A DNA stretch of 64,000 nt, taken from contig OY969767.1 of NCBI GenBank assembly GCA_963702895.1, positions 128,001 to 192,000 on the forward strand. The letters run 5' to 3'. Under the pieces are notes generated by a model. That model was not told where the DNA came from, did not search any database, and saw only the letters and a program-made list of their open reading frames with translations. This document shows, piece by piece, positions 39,930 to 50,266 of this stretch. Position 1 is the stretch's first letter; the number at the start of each line of letters is the position of its first letter. Source of the DNA: an uncultured Elusimicrobia bacterium. GTDB taxonomy: Bacteria; Elusimicrobiota; Elusimicrobia; 2-01-FULL-59-12. The position numbers were made by a program, and so were the translations under genes.

Positions 39930-40038
39930 CCTTCTCCCGGCGCGTGCGACGGGAGAAGGTCAGGATGAGGGCGCGTTGATTTTGCCCTCACCCGTTGCCC
40001 TTTGGGCAATGCCCTCTCCCACGTTCCGCGGGAGAGGG
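39930..40038. repeat. REP-A doublet with a small hairpin inserted in the right arm
   Basis: CCTTCTCCC..GGGAGAAGG; CCCTCACCC[GTTGCCCTTTGGGCAAT]GCCCTCTCCC..GGGAGAGGG. Confidence 0.85.
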
Positions 40039-40080
40039 TGGTCCTTCCATCGCCAAATTTGATGGTGCTCTCGGCACACA

Positions 40081-41601
40081 TTATTTGCGGGGGAAATAGG
40101 ACGCGCCGCGCTGGATGGTTTGGCCCGCGGGCAGGTCGACGCTCGATGGCTTGTCAAAGAATTCCATGGCCCGTGTCTTGATGTAGTCGGGCTGTCCGAG
40201 CTGCATCCAGAGGTTTTGCGCGGTGTCAGGCATAAAGGGTCGTAAATAGAAGGTCAGCGCCTTCAGGCAGACGAGGACCTGGCGCATGACAGGGCCCACC
40301 TCCGTGGGAGAGCTCTTATAGAGTTTCCAGGGGGCTTTTTCTTCGATGAAGCGATTGACCCGATCGACGGCCAGAAAGAGGGTCGTGAGCGCGTCCTTAA
40401 ATTGAAGATGATCGAGTTGGGCTTCGACCGGAGCCAAATCTTTGAGGACCTGATCAATCAGATCGCGCCCAGAGCCTTCGGGGACCTTGCTTTCGCAGTA
40501 TTTTTCCGCCATGGTCATGGCGCGTGAGATGAGGTTTCCCAGATCATTGGCGAGCGCTGCGTTGTAGGCAATCTTGAGAGACTCGGCTGAAAAATCGCCA
40601 TCGGCTCCAAAGGGGAAGGCCGACATCAGGAGGTAGCGCGTGCCGTCCACGCCATACTCCTTGATCAGATCGGAGGGCCGCACGACATTGCCCAGGCTCT
40701 TCGACATCTTTTGGCCACTGACGGTAAAGAACCCGTGCGCGAAGACCTTCTTGGGCACTTTGATGCCTGCCGCAATGAGGAGCGCTGGCCAGACGATCGC
40801 GTGAAACCAGAGAATGTCCTTGGCCATCAGGTGCAGGTCCGCTGGCCACCACTGTTGCATGCGCTCTTTGTCCAGGGGGTAGCCGGTGGCCGTCAGATAA
40901 TTGATGAGCGCATCCACCCAGACATAGGTGGTCTGGGAACGGTCCCACGGAAGCTGTATCCCCCAGGCGAGCGTCGCTCGGGAGATGCTGATGTCGTTGA
41001 CTTCCTGCTTCAGTTTGCCTACCACCTCATTTCGGCGTTCCCGGGGAAAGATCTTAAAGTGATGGGGATGGCTCTCATCGGTCAGTGCGGCGAGGAGCTC
41101 CTCCCTAAATTGGGAAAGCCGGAAAAAGTAATTGTCTTCGGATTGTGTCTCAGGAGCGATCCGGTGATCGGGACAAAGGCCCGCGATGAGTTCATCTTCC
41201 ACGTAGAACCGCTCGCACTGCACGCAGTACTTTCCCTGGTAGCGGGCCTTGAAGATCACGCCTTTGTCCCAGAGCGCCACCAGCAGCGCCTGGACGGCGC
41301 GGTGATGCTCAGCCGAGGTGGTTCGAATGAAGGCGTCATGCGTGATGTTCAAGGCTTTCCAGGAGTCTTGAAACTTGGCGGTTATTTCATCGCAGTAAGC
41401 CTGGGGCTCGCGGTTGTGGGCCGCCGCAGCCTGCGCGATCTTGGTCCCGTGCTCATCTGTGCCGGTGATGAAGAAGACCTCTTTCCCATGCCCGCGGTGC
41501 CAGCGCGCGAGGATATCGCAGGCGATGGTGGTGTAGGCGTGGCCGATATGCGGCACATCGTTCACGTAATAAATGGGTGTGGTGATAAAAAGTTTATCCA
41601 T
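40081..41601 (-). CDS. metG: Methionyl-tRNA synthetase (short form, no C-terminal tRNA-binding domain)
   Basis: HIGH, KMSKS, YVWVDAL. Confidence 0.96.
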   Translation of the reverse strand: MDKLFITTPIYYVNDVPHIGHAYTTIACDILARWHRGHGKEVFFITGTDEHGTKIAQAAAAHNREPQAYCDEITAKFQDSWKALNITHDAFIRTTSAEHHRAVQALLVALWDKGVIFKARYQGKYCVQCERFYVEDELIAGLCPDHRIAPETQSEDNYFFRLSQFREELLAALTDESHPHHFKIFPRERRNEVVGKLKQEVNDISISRATLAWGIQLPWDRSQTTYVWVDALINYLTATGYPLDKERMQQWWPADLHLMAKDILWFHAIVWPALLIAAGIKVPKKVFAHGFFTVSGQKMSKSLGNVVRPSDLIKEYGVDGTRYLLMSAFPFGADGDFSAESLKIAYNAALANDLGNLISRAMTMAEKYCESKVPEGSGRDLIDQVLKDLAPVEAQLDHLQFKDALTTLFLAVDRVNRFIEEKAPWKLYKSSPTEVGPVMRQVLVCLKALTFYLRPFMPDTAQNLWMQLGQPDYIKTRAMEFFDKPSSVDLPAGQTIQRGASYFPRK

Positions 41602-42469
41602 GGGGCGGACCGGCCTTTCGGGCGGAAGAGAGTTTTAAGAGTAAATGATCATAAACGAGCGCGGGTTGGACATTGTGACGGAGCTGGGAGAGCGCGCGCT
41701 GCAGGAGCCGCACGGGCGCTTGGGCGTTCATGTCGCCGGAACGCAGCGCGCGCGTCGCGGGAACGAGGAGCCGACGGATCTTGTCCTCAATCTCAGGGCG
41801 CCCCGTTTTGATGGTGCGTGAGCGGGCTTCTGCGGCCTGCACGAGGCGCGCGGAAGGCGCGCTCTTGAGCCGGTCCCAGAGCTGTTCGGCCTCCTGATGT
41901 GCTTCGACCTCCTCATGGCTCAGGGCGAGCTCATGCTCGAGGTAGCGAAAGCGAACGGGCTGGCAACGGGACACGAGGGTTGTAAAGAGCCTGTCGCGAA
42001 AAGGGGTGATGAGGAAAATCGCGGTGCTTGTGGGCGGCTCCTCGAGGATCTTCAAAAGGACATTGGCGGCATCTGGAGTCATCTTATGAGCGTCGCTTAA
42101 GATGGACACTTTCCAAGCCCCTTCCACCACGCTCTGCAGCAGCCGGTGCCGCTCCGTCATGATGGTCTCGATTCGCAAATTCTGCTGCTTTTCCACGGCC
42201 TCTTTACGCTCCGCCGCCTGCCAGGCCAGATCGATCACCCGGACATCAGGGTGTGTGCCGTTGTCGATCTTTCGACAGGACAGGCAAGCACCACAGGCGT
42301 CTCCCTGAGCGGCTTTGCAATTCAAGGCTTTCGCCAGCTCGAGCGCGAGCTGCATTTTTCCGGCGCCCGGTGGACCGTAAAAAAGCAGGGGATTGGTGGT
42401 CTGACGCTTGAGCCAGGTGCGGCAAAGGTCCACGGCAAGCGGCTGTTCTTTGATGGCGCTAAAACTCAT
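41594..42469 (-). CDS. holB: DNA polymerase III delta' subunit
   Basis: GPPGAGK, CGACLSC, HPDV, LLKILEEPP, SRC. Confidence 0.9.
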   Translation of the reverse strand: MSFSAIKEQPLAVDLCRTWLKRQTTNPLLFYGPPGAGKMQLALELAKALNCKAAQGDACGACLSCRKIDNGTHPDVRVIDLAWQAAERKEAVEKQQNLRIETIMTERHRLLQSVVEGAWKVSILSDAHKMTPDAANVLLKILEEPPTSTAIFLITPFRDRLFTTLVSRCQPVRFRYLEHELALSHEEVEAHQEAEQLWDRLKSAPSARLVQAAEARSRTIKTGRPEIEDKIRRLLVPATRALRSGDMNAQAPVRLLQRALSQLRHNVQPALVYDHLLLKLSSARKAGPPHG

Positions 42470-43095
42470 ATCGATTTTAAAAAGCGGTCCACCGCATGTC
42501 GGATCAGGCCCTGGGTCTCATGGATCTCTTTCTGTTGGGCAATCACACGAAACCTTTGGGGGTCCTTTTGTGCCAGTCTCAAAAACCCAGCGCGCACCCT
42601 GCGATGAAAAGCAAGACCCGCGCGCTCCAGCCGGTCGTGCCGGCGTTTTTTCTGGTGGGCAAGCCTCAGCCCGCGCTCGACGGGAACATCCAACAAGAGC
42701 GTCAAGTCCGGCGTGAGCCCCTGGGTCGCGATGTGGTTTAAGGTCTCAATGGTTTTTAGTTTCAATCCGCGGCCATCACCCTGATAGGCAACGGTAGAAT
42801 CCGCGTAGCGGTCACACAGTACTATTTTTCCTTGCCGCAGGGCGGGCAGCAGCTTTTCATGGACGTGCTGGGCCCGGTCCGCTTCATAGAGAAGGAGCTC
42901 GGCCATGGCGGAGAGTCCCTCTTCGCCCTCCAGGAGCCATTGGCGTATCCCGGCGGCAAGGGTGGTACCTCCCGGTTCACGGGTCACGAGGACCGACTTG
43001 CCACGCGCCCGCAAATAGGCGGCAAGAAGTTGGAGGTGTGTTGATTTCCCGCTTCCTTCCGGTCCTTCGAGGGTGATGAAGATCCCTTTGTTCAT
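42466..43095 (-). CDS. tmk: Thymidylate kinase
   Basis: EGPEGSGKST, REPGG, CDRY. Confidence 0.96.
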   Translation of the reverse strand: MNKGIFITLEGPEGSGKSTHLQLLAAYLRARGKSVLVTREPGGTTLAAGIRQWLLEGEEGLSAMAELLLYEADRAQHVHEKLLPALRQGKIVLCDRYADSTVAYQGDGRGLKLKTIETLNHIATQGLTPDLTLLLDVPVERGLRLAHQKKRRHDRLERAGLAFHRRVRAGFLRLAQKDPQRFRVIAQQKEIHETQGLIRHAVDRFLKSI

Positions 43096-43182
43096 CGAAC
43101 TCGAACCATTATAATAAGGTTCGTCTCCCGCAAATCAGTTCGAGAGGCATTAAAATCGACGGAAGATTCCTTGAGGTCATTC

Positions 43183-44826
43183 ATGAGATACTTCATTTTA
43201 TGCTTGGTTCTGCTCTGCGGATGTGCGACGCCTCAGCGCCCCGGGGAACTCGCCGTCCGAGATCAGCCATCCGCTGAGCCCCGGACTTACCGCATGATGA
43301 TCGTGTATGTCCCGCAAACCGATGACGCGGCAGCGACCTGGCTCAAGTGGTTTGAGACCTATCCCGATCTCCGCATGATGATGGCGTTATCTCCTCGCTT
43401 TACGCGTCTTGCCAAGGACCCCGCGCTCAAGTCCCGCGTGCAGGCCCTGGAGAAGGAAGGTCGCCTGGAGCTGGCCCTGCAGATCCCCAACGCGCCTCTG
43501 CTTCCCTTGTTGGCCGAGAACCCACCTTATGGTTTCACGGAGGATATCGTTCAACTGATCGCTCAATCGAAAGCCGGCTTTTACAAGACATGGAACTTTC
43601 TTCCGAAGGGACTCGTCCTTCCTTTTGGCGCCGCGAGTCCGCGGCTCCTCTCCATGCTTGAGCGCTCCGGTTTTTCCTGGATCGTCGCCTCGCTGGGGCA
43701 GGGGCACGAGACGGCCCTCTTTCAGCTGGGTCCTTTGCAGGTATGGGACGGCTCCTCTACGAAGGGTCAGGTCAGGGTCTGGGATGAACGACAGTCGAAA
43801 GGCAGGCTGCTGGAGGGGTGGATGAAAGAACTCTCCAGTCATAAAGGCGTGAATTTTCTGCCACGCGATGGAGAACACACGCCATCGCCGCTTCCATTGA
43901 GCACGCTCACACAACGCACCTGGGACGGTTCAGACTGGTCCCTGTGGACCGGAGACCCCGACAAGAGCGCGGCCTGGAATGCCCTGCAAAGGACCCGAGA
44001 GGCCCTTGAAAAATACAAAAACTCAGGACAAGCCTCCGTGACGCGCCTGGATGCCGCCTTTAATGAGATTTATAGCGCGCAGAATTCCAACTATTTCGCT
44101 TCCGCGGGAAATATGAACATTTCGCCAGCGCTCAAGGAAGAGCGGGAGCATGAATTCCAGGCGACGCTCCTGGCCATCTATCGCATGATTGGCTTTCCTC
44201 CTCCGGATGATCTTTTCACCGCCTCCGCGACAGTCCCCGCGGTGGTCAAGCCCTCTTCGACCAGCATTAGCTCGGAAATCTTCCCCGATGGAGGTGAGCG
44301 CGTGGTCATTCATGACGCGGTGGGGGACGCGCTCACGCCGGGAGGGGGAGATTTAGAATCGCTCGCGGTCCGAACAACGACAGACTCGACCCATTGGACC
44401 GTCACCCTGGCGAGCGGCGCGCTGACGACTCCCGTGGAGATCTACGTGGACTTGAATGCTCAACCTCATACGGGGACTTCGACTTTCCTGCCCGGCAGGT
44501 CCTACTCCACGTCCGCCCGAGACGCTTGGGAATATGCTCTGGCTTTCTCGGGACAAGAGGCCACGCTCTACCGAACCCGGGGTGGGGGGTCTTATGGGGA
44601 CGCCCAGACCTTTCCTGTGGTGATGGAAGGGCCTAAGCTTCGCGTCACTCTCCCCGAAGGTGTTATGCGAGGGCGGCCCTCGCGGTGGGGCTATCAGGTG
44701 CTGGTGGGACAAAGCGCTGTTTCTGATTTGATTGACCCCTTGGAGGTGCCGCAGAAGGACTTATGGCAGGCCCTTTCAAACGGGAACCGACATGACATCC
44801 CCTTTGTTCGAATAAAACGTAATTGA
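43183..44826 (+). CDS. Lipoprotein with degenerate GH57-like region and glucodextranase/DOMON-like C-terminus
   Basis: LLCGC lipobox; WTGDPDKSAAW; IYVD..WEYAL..WGYQVLV. Confidence 0.55.
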   Translation: MRYFILCLVLLCGCATPQRPGELAVRDQPSAEPRTYRMMIVYVPQTDDAAATWLKWFETYPDLRMMMALSPRFTRLAKDPALKSRVQALEKEGRLELALQIPNAPLLPLLAENPPYGFTEDIVQLIAQSKAGFYKTWNFLPKGLVLPFGAASPRLLSMLERSGFSWIVASLGQGHETALFQLGPLQVWDGSSTKGQVRVWDERQSKGRLLEGWMKELSSHKGVNFLPRDGEHTPSPLPLSTLTQRTWDGSDWSLWTGDPDKSAAWNALQRTREALEKYKNSGQASVTRLDAAFNEIYSAQNSNYFASAGNMNISPALKEEREHEFQATLLAIYRMIGFPPPDDLFTASATVPAVVKPSSTSISSEIFPDGGERVVIHDAVGDALTPGGGDLESLAVRTTTDSTHWTVTLASGALTTPVEIYVDLNAQPHTGTSTFLPGRSYSTSARDAWEYALAFSGQEATLYRTRGGGSYGDAQTFPVVMEGPKLRVTLPEGVMRGRPSRWGYQVLVGQSAVSDLIDPLEVPQKDLWQALSNGNRHDIPFVRIKRN

Positions 44827-44832
44827 TTTGAC

Positions 44833-44904
44833 GTCATCCCCGCGGACGCGGGGACCTCAGGGTCATTTTATTGATGGGCCCCCTCTCACAACCGGGGGGA
44901 TGAC
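44833..44904. repeat. Degenerate REP-B doublet
   Basis: GTCATCCCCGCG..GCGGGGA ... GGGGGATGAC. Confidence 0.7.
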
Positions 44905-44926
44905 GATATAAGGAGGACTCCATAAC

Positions 44927-46489
44927 ATGCGCAACCTCAATTCTCTGACGAAACTACTTCTGCTTTCACTGACGGTCTTTTTGTTGTGGGGGTTCCACAC
45001 CGGGCGCTTGATTTGGACGGGTTCCGGCCTGCGCCTGGCTTCCTATCGGGTTCCTTCGCAGGCACCTCTGGCGGACGTCCACCCTGAAGTGCTCAATCTC
45101 CAAGCCTCTTTCGCGACAGTCGCCGATATGGTGAAGCCGGCCGTGGTGAGCATCTCGACCGTTCATATTGAGGAGGTGTATCAGACCCCTCAGTTCTACT
45201 ACGGAGACCCTTTTGAGCAGTTTTTCGAGTTTTTTGGACAGAACGACTCTCCCCACCGGCGCAGGATGCCACCGAGTCAGCCTCGCAAGTATAAAGCGGA
45301 AGGGGTCGGCTCAGGGGTGATCATTGATCCGGAGGGCCTGGTGCTCACGAACGAACATGTCGTTCGTGGAGCCGATGAGATCAAAGTGGTCCTTTACGAC
45401 AAAGATAATAAAAAGACGGAATATTCCGGCAAGATCGTGGGCAAAGACGCGCGCACGGACCTGGCTATCATCCGGATCAAAGCAAGCGGCAAATTGCCCT
45501 TTGCGGCGCTGGGGGATTCCGAGAAGGTGAAGGTGGGGGACTGGGCGATCGCCATTGGCTCACCCTTCGGGCTATCGCAGACGATGACGGTGGGGGTTAT
45601 TTCCGCCGCACGCCAGGCCCTCGCGATTGAGGACAAGGAATACCGCAATCTCATTCAGACGGACGCCGCCATCAATCGCGGCAATTCCGGCGGGCCCCTG
45701 ATCAACATCCACGGCGAGGTGGTCGGCATTAACACCGCCATCTACGCGCCAACAGGCGTGTTTGCGGGGATCGGATTTGCGGTCCCCATCAACCAGGCCA
45801 AGGATATCTTAAATGACCTCGTCCAAAAGGGGCATGTCGTTCGGGGCTGGCTCGGGGTCGAGTTGGGCCGGGAGATTTCGCCGGCCATGGTCAAAGCTTT
45901 CGGGCTTCCAGACAGTCGCGGGGCGCTCGTGAACCGCGTGCTCAAGGATTCTCCCGCGGAGAAAGCAGGACTCAAGCGCGGCGATGTCATCCGCTCCTTT
46001 GACGGCAAAAAGATTGAGTCTTCCGATAAACTCCAGACCTTCGTGGCCCAAACAGCTCCGAAGAAGAAAATTGAAATGGAAGTGCTCCGGGACCGCAAGA
46101 CCGTGACGCTCTCCCTTGTGATGGGAGAACGGCCGGATTCCGCGGACACCGGCAAGCAAGAGTCTCCCGCCTCACCTAAAATGGGCGAAAAGGAAAAGGG
46201 GAGAACCTGGCTGGGCGCCAAAATCGCGGCACTGACCGAAGAGCTTGCTCAGTCCTACCGGCAGCCAGCGGGGGCCTCAGGCGTGATCGTCACCGATGTC
46301 GAAGCGGGCAGCGAAGCGGACGCCATGGGCCTTGTCGCGGGTAACATCATCCTCGGGATCAATCAGGAGCCGACGCCGAATCTCGCGGCCTTTAGCCAGG
46401 CCAGCGCCCGCGCTAAACTGAGCGACGGCATCGTTCTGGATGTTGTCCGCCAGGGCCGGCCGATGTATCTCAGCTACACCAAGCAGTAA
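44927..46489 (+). CDS. Do/DegP-DegQ family serine protease with two PDZ domains
   Basis: TNEHVV, DLA, GNSGGPL catalytic triad motifs. Confidence 0.95.
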   Translation: MRNLNSLTKLLLLSLTVFLLWGFHTGRLIWTGSGLRLASYRVPSQAPLADVHPEVLNLQASFATVADMVKPAVVSISTVHIEEVYQTPQFYYGDPFEQFFEFFGQNDSPHRRRMPPSQPRKYKAEGVGSGVIIDPEGLVLTNEHVVRGADEIKVVLYDKDNKKTEYSGKIVGKDARTDLAIIRIKASGKLPFAALGDSEKVKVGDWAIAIGSPFGLSQTMTVGVISAARQALAIEDKEYRNLIQTDAAINRGNSGGPLINIHGEVVGINTAIYAPTGVFAGIGFAVPINQAKDILNDLVQKGHVVRGWLGVELGREISPAMVKAFGLPDSRGALVNRVLKDSPAEKAGLKRGDVIRSFDGKKIESSDKLQTFVAQTAPKKKIEMEVLRDRKTVTLSLVMGERPDSADTGKQESPASPKMGEKEKGRTWLGAKIAALTEELAQSYRQPAGASGVIVTDVEAGSEADAMGLVAGNIILGINQEPTPNLAAFSQASARAKLSDGIVLDVVRQGRPMYLSYTKQ

Positions 46490-46568
46490 GGGGAAGACAG
46501 GAAAGATGAGCTGGGGAAGTTCAGCTGGCTCTGTTTTGTGGTCGAGACCTAGTGCACTTTTTTGTGCC

Positions 46569-46645
46569 GTCATCCCGGCGAACGCCGGGATCCGTCGCTC
46601 CCTTTATTTCGATGATGGGCCCTGATGGCGGATCTCCGGGGTGAC
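46569..46645. repeat. REP-B doublet between convergent genes
   Basis: GTCATCCCGGCGAACGCCGGGATCC..CCGGGGTGAC. Confidence 0.8.
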
Positions 46646-46659
46646 GAACTGGTTTTGGG

Positions 46660-48132
46660 CTAGGCGGCAGCGGAGTTGGAAGGTCGGATACGGAAAACTT
46701 CGCCGCGTTCGTTTTGTTCGAGGCCGCGCGGGATGCTGAAGGTGAACGTGGTGCCTTCGCCCTGCTTGGACCGGACACTAATTTCGCCATAGTGCGCATC
46801 CACCACAAATTTGCAGATTGAAAGCCCGAGCCCCGTTCCACCCTTGGTGCCAGAAGCTTGTTCAAACTTCTTAAAAATCTTATTGAGAAACTCCGTCGGC
46901 ATGCCATTGCCGGTATCGGTGACCTGGACTTGAACCCTGTCCGATAGCTCAATCACCTTGACGGTGATAAAGCCGCCATCGGGCGTGAACTTGATGGCGT
47001 TTCCGATGAGATTAATCACCACGCGCTCCATGAGGTGCGGGTCCAGTTTCATCGTGCGCATCTGGTCCGGCATGTCGAGGGTGAGCGTGATCTTTTTCTT
47101 GGCGGCTTCCGTGTGAAAGATTTCCACGGTATTGGGGAGGATTTGGCGCAGGTTGCATTCGGAGATGTTCAGTTTGAGCTTGCCCGCCGACATTTTCGCA
47201 CTGTCGAGAAGGTTCGACACAATATGAAGGAGCTTCGTCGACGCGTTTTCCATGATGTGGATCATTCTCTTTTGCTCTTCATTGATCGGACCGGCCATCT
47301 CTTCGCCCAGAACCTGAAGGAAACCGCGAACCGCCGTCATGGGACTGCGCAGATCATGCGTCAGGGACTGCAAGAAATCATCTTTCAGCTGGTCCAACTC
47401 CTTCTCGGCGGTGATATTGCGGATTTGGATCATGAACCAGTAATTGGTACCACTGCCTTCCGGCGCGTTGATGATGGAGGAGGAAATCAAATAGAACCGG
47501 CGGATGCCTTCCGTGGAGAGATTGACCTCGAGTTTAGCCTTAGGGGAGTCCCCTTCGACGCTTTCCCGGATCGTGATGGCGAGCCTGTCGTGCTTGACAA
47601 AGCTCCAAATCGGGCGCCCGCTTAAGGCTTCCTTGTCCTCTTCGAGTTCGAGCATCGAATAGGCCTTCGGGTTGATCAGCTGGACGTGGCCGTTGTCGTC
47701 CGTCAGGATGATGCCGTCTTCACTGGTATTGATGACGCCTTCGGTCTTGGCCTGCTCCGCCATCACTTCATCGACGCGCACCTCGCTGTAGTGCTTGAGG
47801 TCTTCGCTCATGGCGTTAAAGGCACTGGCGAGGTCCTGGAATTCATCATGCGTTTCGGTGTGGACAACCGTGGAAAAATCGCCCTTGGCAATACGCTCGG
47901 CTCCCTGCTTGAGCGCCTGAATAGGGCGTGTCAGATGCCGGGCAAATCCATAGGCGACCCCGGAGAGCACGATGGTCAGCCCGCTCAGGATGAAGACGCC
48001 GGGCCAAAGAAACTCGTGATGCATCAAGATGAAAGCGGACGTGATCAAGTATAAGGGTATGAGTGAGGAAAGCGCCACGAACACAGCAATTTTCGCAAAG
48101 ATGGAAGTTCGTATGGGCTGCGAAAAGTCCAT
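46660..48132 (-). CDS. Sensor histidine kinase (HAMP-PAS-HisKA-HATPase), no adjacent regulator
   Basis: HDLRSPM, NLIGNAIKF, DTGNG, GTGLGL. Confidence 0.93.
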   Translation of the reverse strand: MDFSQPIRTSIFAKIAVFVALSSLIPLYLITSAFILMHHEFLWPGVFILSGLTIVLSGVAYGFARHLTRPIQALKQGAERIAKGDFSTVVHTETHDEFQDLASAFNAMSEDLKHYSEVRVDEVMAEQAKTEGVINTSEDGIILTDDNGHVQLINPKAYSMLELEEDKEALSGRPIWSFVKHDRLAITIRESVEGDSPKAKLEVNLSTEGIRRFYLISSSIINAPEGSGTNYWFMIQIRNITAEKELDQLKDDFLQSLTHDLRSPMTAVRGFLQVLGEEMAGPINEEQKRMIHIMENASTKLLHIVSNLLDSAKMSAGKLKLNISECNLRQILPNTVEIFHTEAAKKKITLTLDMPDQMRTMKLDPHLMERVVINLIGNAIKFTPDGGFITVKVIELSDRVQVQVTDTGNGMPTEFLNKIFKKFEQASGTKGGTGLGLSICKFVVDAHYGEISVRSKQGEGTTFTFSIPRGLEQNERGEVFRIRPSNSAAA

Positions 48133-48225
48133 GGCGAGCCTAGTCTAGAGGGTGTTTGGGTGAGTGTCAAGGAAGGATTTTTGCTATTTCTCGGATCAAA
48201 TTGATAGATTGATCGTCTAATCGCT

Positions 48226-49365
48226 ATGCGTCTTAAGCCTCTGATTGCCTGCGTGGTATCGGTGGGTCTACTCCCCGTGATGGCGCGCTATGGCTTTGCG
48301 GAGGATTCCTCTCCTTCCGTCCCTCCTTCCAGAGGAGCAAGCGCCTTACAGGCTTCTAATCTTTTGAATCCCAATATCAGCGTCGTGGGCACGTTTCAGG
48401 GAATGGTCGGCCATCCCCATGACCCAGGTGTTGAACCGGAACCCGCATTGCAATTAAAGGAAGCGGAGATCAGTTTCCAGGCTATTGTGGATTCTTGGGC
48501 GCGGGCAGACTTCTTTGTTGGGTTCGACTCTGATGGGCATGTGGAGCTCGAAGAAGGCTATATCAACTGGTTTCATCTGCCGGGAAACTTGGGTCTGCGG
48601 GCAGGAAAATTTCGTTCCCTCTTTGGGCCGTTCAACCGAACCCACGCTCACGAGACGCCCTTTGCGACCCGGCCCCTTGTGGAAAAGAATTTTCTCGGGG
48701 AAGAAGGCTTATCGGGCGCTGGCGCCGGTCTTTCGTGGCAGGTCCCGAACCCCTGGGTCTACATCAATACGGATTTGGAAATGGTGCAGCCGCCTTCGGT
48801 GGAAGATGTACCGTCCTTCGATGAAGCCAAGCGCAGCGATTTCCTCTATATGGGGCGGCTCAGCACTTATGTGGATCTTACCGATACGCAGAACATCTTT
48901 TTCGGAGGGAGCGCGGCCACAGGGCCCTCAGGCCAGGAGTTGGATGCCTTGGGCGTTTCTTCCGATACCCTGCACACCCAGCTCTATAGCCTGGACCTGA
49001 CCTATCGTTGGAAAAATCCTGCCCGCTCCTCCTTCCGATCCGTTCTTTGGCAGAACGAGATTCTGTGGAGTCAGCATCAAGTCACTTCCAACGCCACGGT
49101 TCAGAGCTGGGGCCTCATGAGTTGGCTCGAATACCGTTTTGCGCGGCGCTGGTCGACTGGCGGGCGCTATGATTATTCCGAGTTTGCCGAGAATGACCTT
49201 CAGCATGAAGCGGGAGGGCTGCTCTTTCTCACGTTTTCACCTTCGGAGTTTGCCCGGATCAGTCTTCAGGGCAGCCATGTTCGACGCTCCGATGGCTTAG
49301 ATGAGAATTTAGGTTTGCTCAGGATTACCTTTAATATCGGTCCTCATGGCGCCCATGCGTTTTAA
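48226..49365 (+). CDS. Putative outer-membrane beta-barrel associated with metal uptake
   Basis: Signal peptide, NPNIS, LEEGY, NRTHAHE, C-terminal GPHGAHAF; precedes a metal ABC binding protein. Confidence 0.65.
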   Translation: MRLKPLIACVVSVGLLPVMARYGFAEDSSPSVPPSRGASALQASNLLNPNISVVGTFQGMVGHPHDPGVEPEPALQLKEAEISFQAIVDSWARADFFVGFDSDGHVELEEGYINWFHLPGNLGLRAGKFRSLFGPFNRTHAHETPFATRPLVEKNFLGEEGLSGAGAGLSWQVPNPWVYINTDLEMVQPPSVEDVPSFDEAKRSDFLYMGRLSTYVDLTDTQNIFFGGSAATGPSGQELDALGVSSDTLHTQLYSLDLTYRWKNPARSSFRSVLWQNEILWSQHQVTSNATVQSWGLMSWLEYRFARRWSTGGRYDYSEFAENDLQHEAGGLLFLTFSPSEFARISLQGSHVRRSDGLDENLGLLRITFNIGPHGAHAF

Positions 49366-50266
49366 CCGATCTCTCATTGGGCTTGCGCTTCTTCTTCCGC
49401 AGATGGCTTGGGCCAAGCTCCTGGTGGTCACGACCACAGAAGATTTGGCGGCCATCGCCAGGGAAATCGGCAAGTCCGAGATCGACGTCTTTGCCATCGC
49501 CAAAGGCTATCAGGACCCTCACTATGTGGACCCCAAGCCGAGCTATCTCTTAAAGCTGCGAAACGCGGACCTCCTCGTGCTCATTGGCCTTGAGCTGGAA
49601 GTGGGGTGGCTCCCGCCGCTTTTGCAAAATGCCCGCAACTCCAAGATTCTTCCCGGCAACCCCGGGCATCTGGACGCTTCGGAGGGCTGCCATATCTTTC
49701 AGAAGACTACGGGGACGATCGATCGCTCGATGGGGGATATTCACCCGTTCGGCAATCCGCATTATTGGACCGATCCGGAAAACGGCTTGATCATCGCCAG
49801 ACGCCTTGCCCAAAGACTTTCGGAGCTCGACGCCGCTCATGCCGACTCCTTTTCAGTCAACCTCAAAGATTTTGAAGCACGTCTGCGTCTGAAGCAAAAG
49901 GAATGGGGAACTTTGGCTCGTTCGTTCAGGGGAGTCCATGTCATCACCTATCACAATTCCTGGCCTAACTTTGTGAGCGCCTTTGGGATCTCTGTGGTGA
50001 ATTTTATCGAGCCCAAGCCAGGCGTGCCCCCTTCTCCCGCCCATGTTCAGAGTCTCATCGCGCAAATACGCGCTCAAGCGATTCCTTTGATTCTGGTTGA
50101 GCCCTATTTTGATATCAAGCTCCCACAAAAAATTGCTCATGACACAGGGGCCCAAGTCGTTTCCTTTCCGCCATCGGTGGGCGGTGCGAAGGAGATTCGG
50201 ACCTACCTGGACCTCTTCGATTACAACCTTACTCTCTTAAAACAGGCGCTGACCCCAACGCCATGA
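49355..50266 (+). CDS. Metal ABC transporter substrate-binding protein (ZnuA/TroA family)
   Basis: QDPHY, GLELE, NPHYWTDP, YHNSW, EPKPG. Confidence 0.9.
   Translation: MRFNRSLIGLALLLPQMAWAKLLVVTTTEDLAAIAREIGKSEIDVFAIAKGYQDPHYVDPKPSYLLKLRNADLLVLIGLELEVGWLPPLLQNARNSKILPGNPGHLDASEGCHIFQKTTGTIDRSMGDIHPFGNPHYWTDPENGLIIARRLAQRLSELDAAHADSFSVNLKDFEARLRLKQKEWGTLARSFRGVHVITYHNSWPNFVSAFGISVVNFIEPKPGVPPSPAHVQSLIAQIRAQAIPLILVEPYFDIKLPQKIAHDTGAQVVSFPPSVGGAKEIRTYLDLFDYNLTLLKQALTPTP

Noticed and set aside
40711..41811. 366-aa + strand ORF
   Set aside because: Shadow of metG
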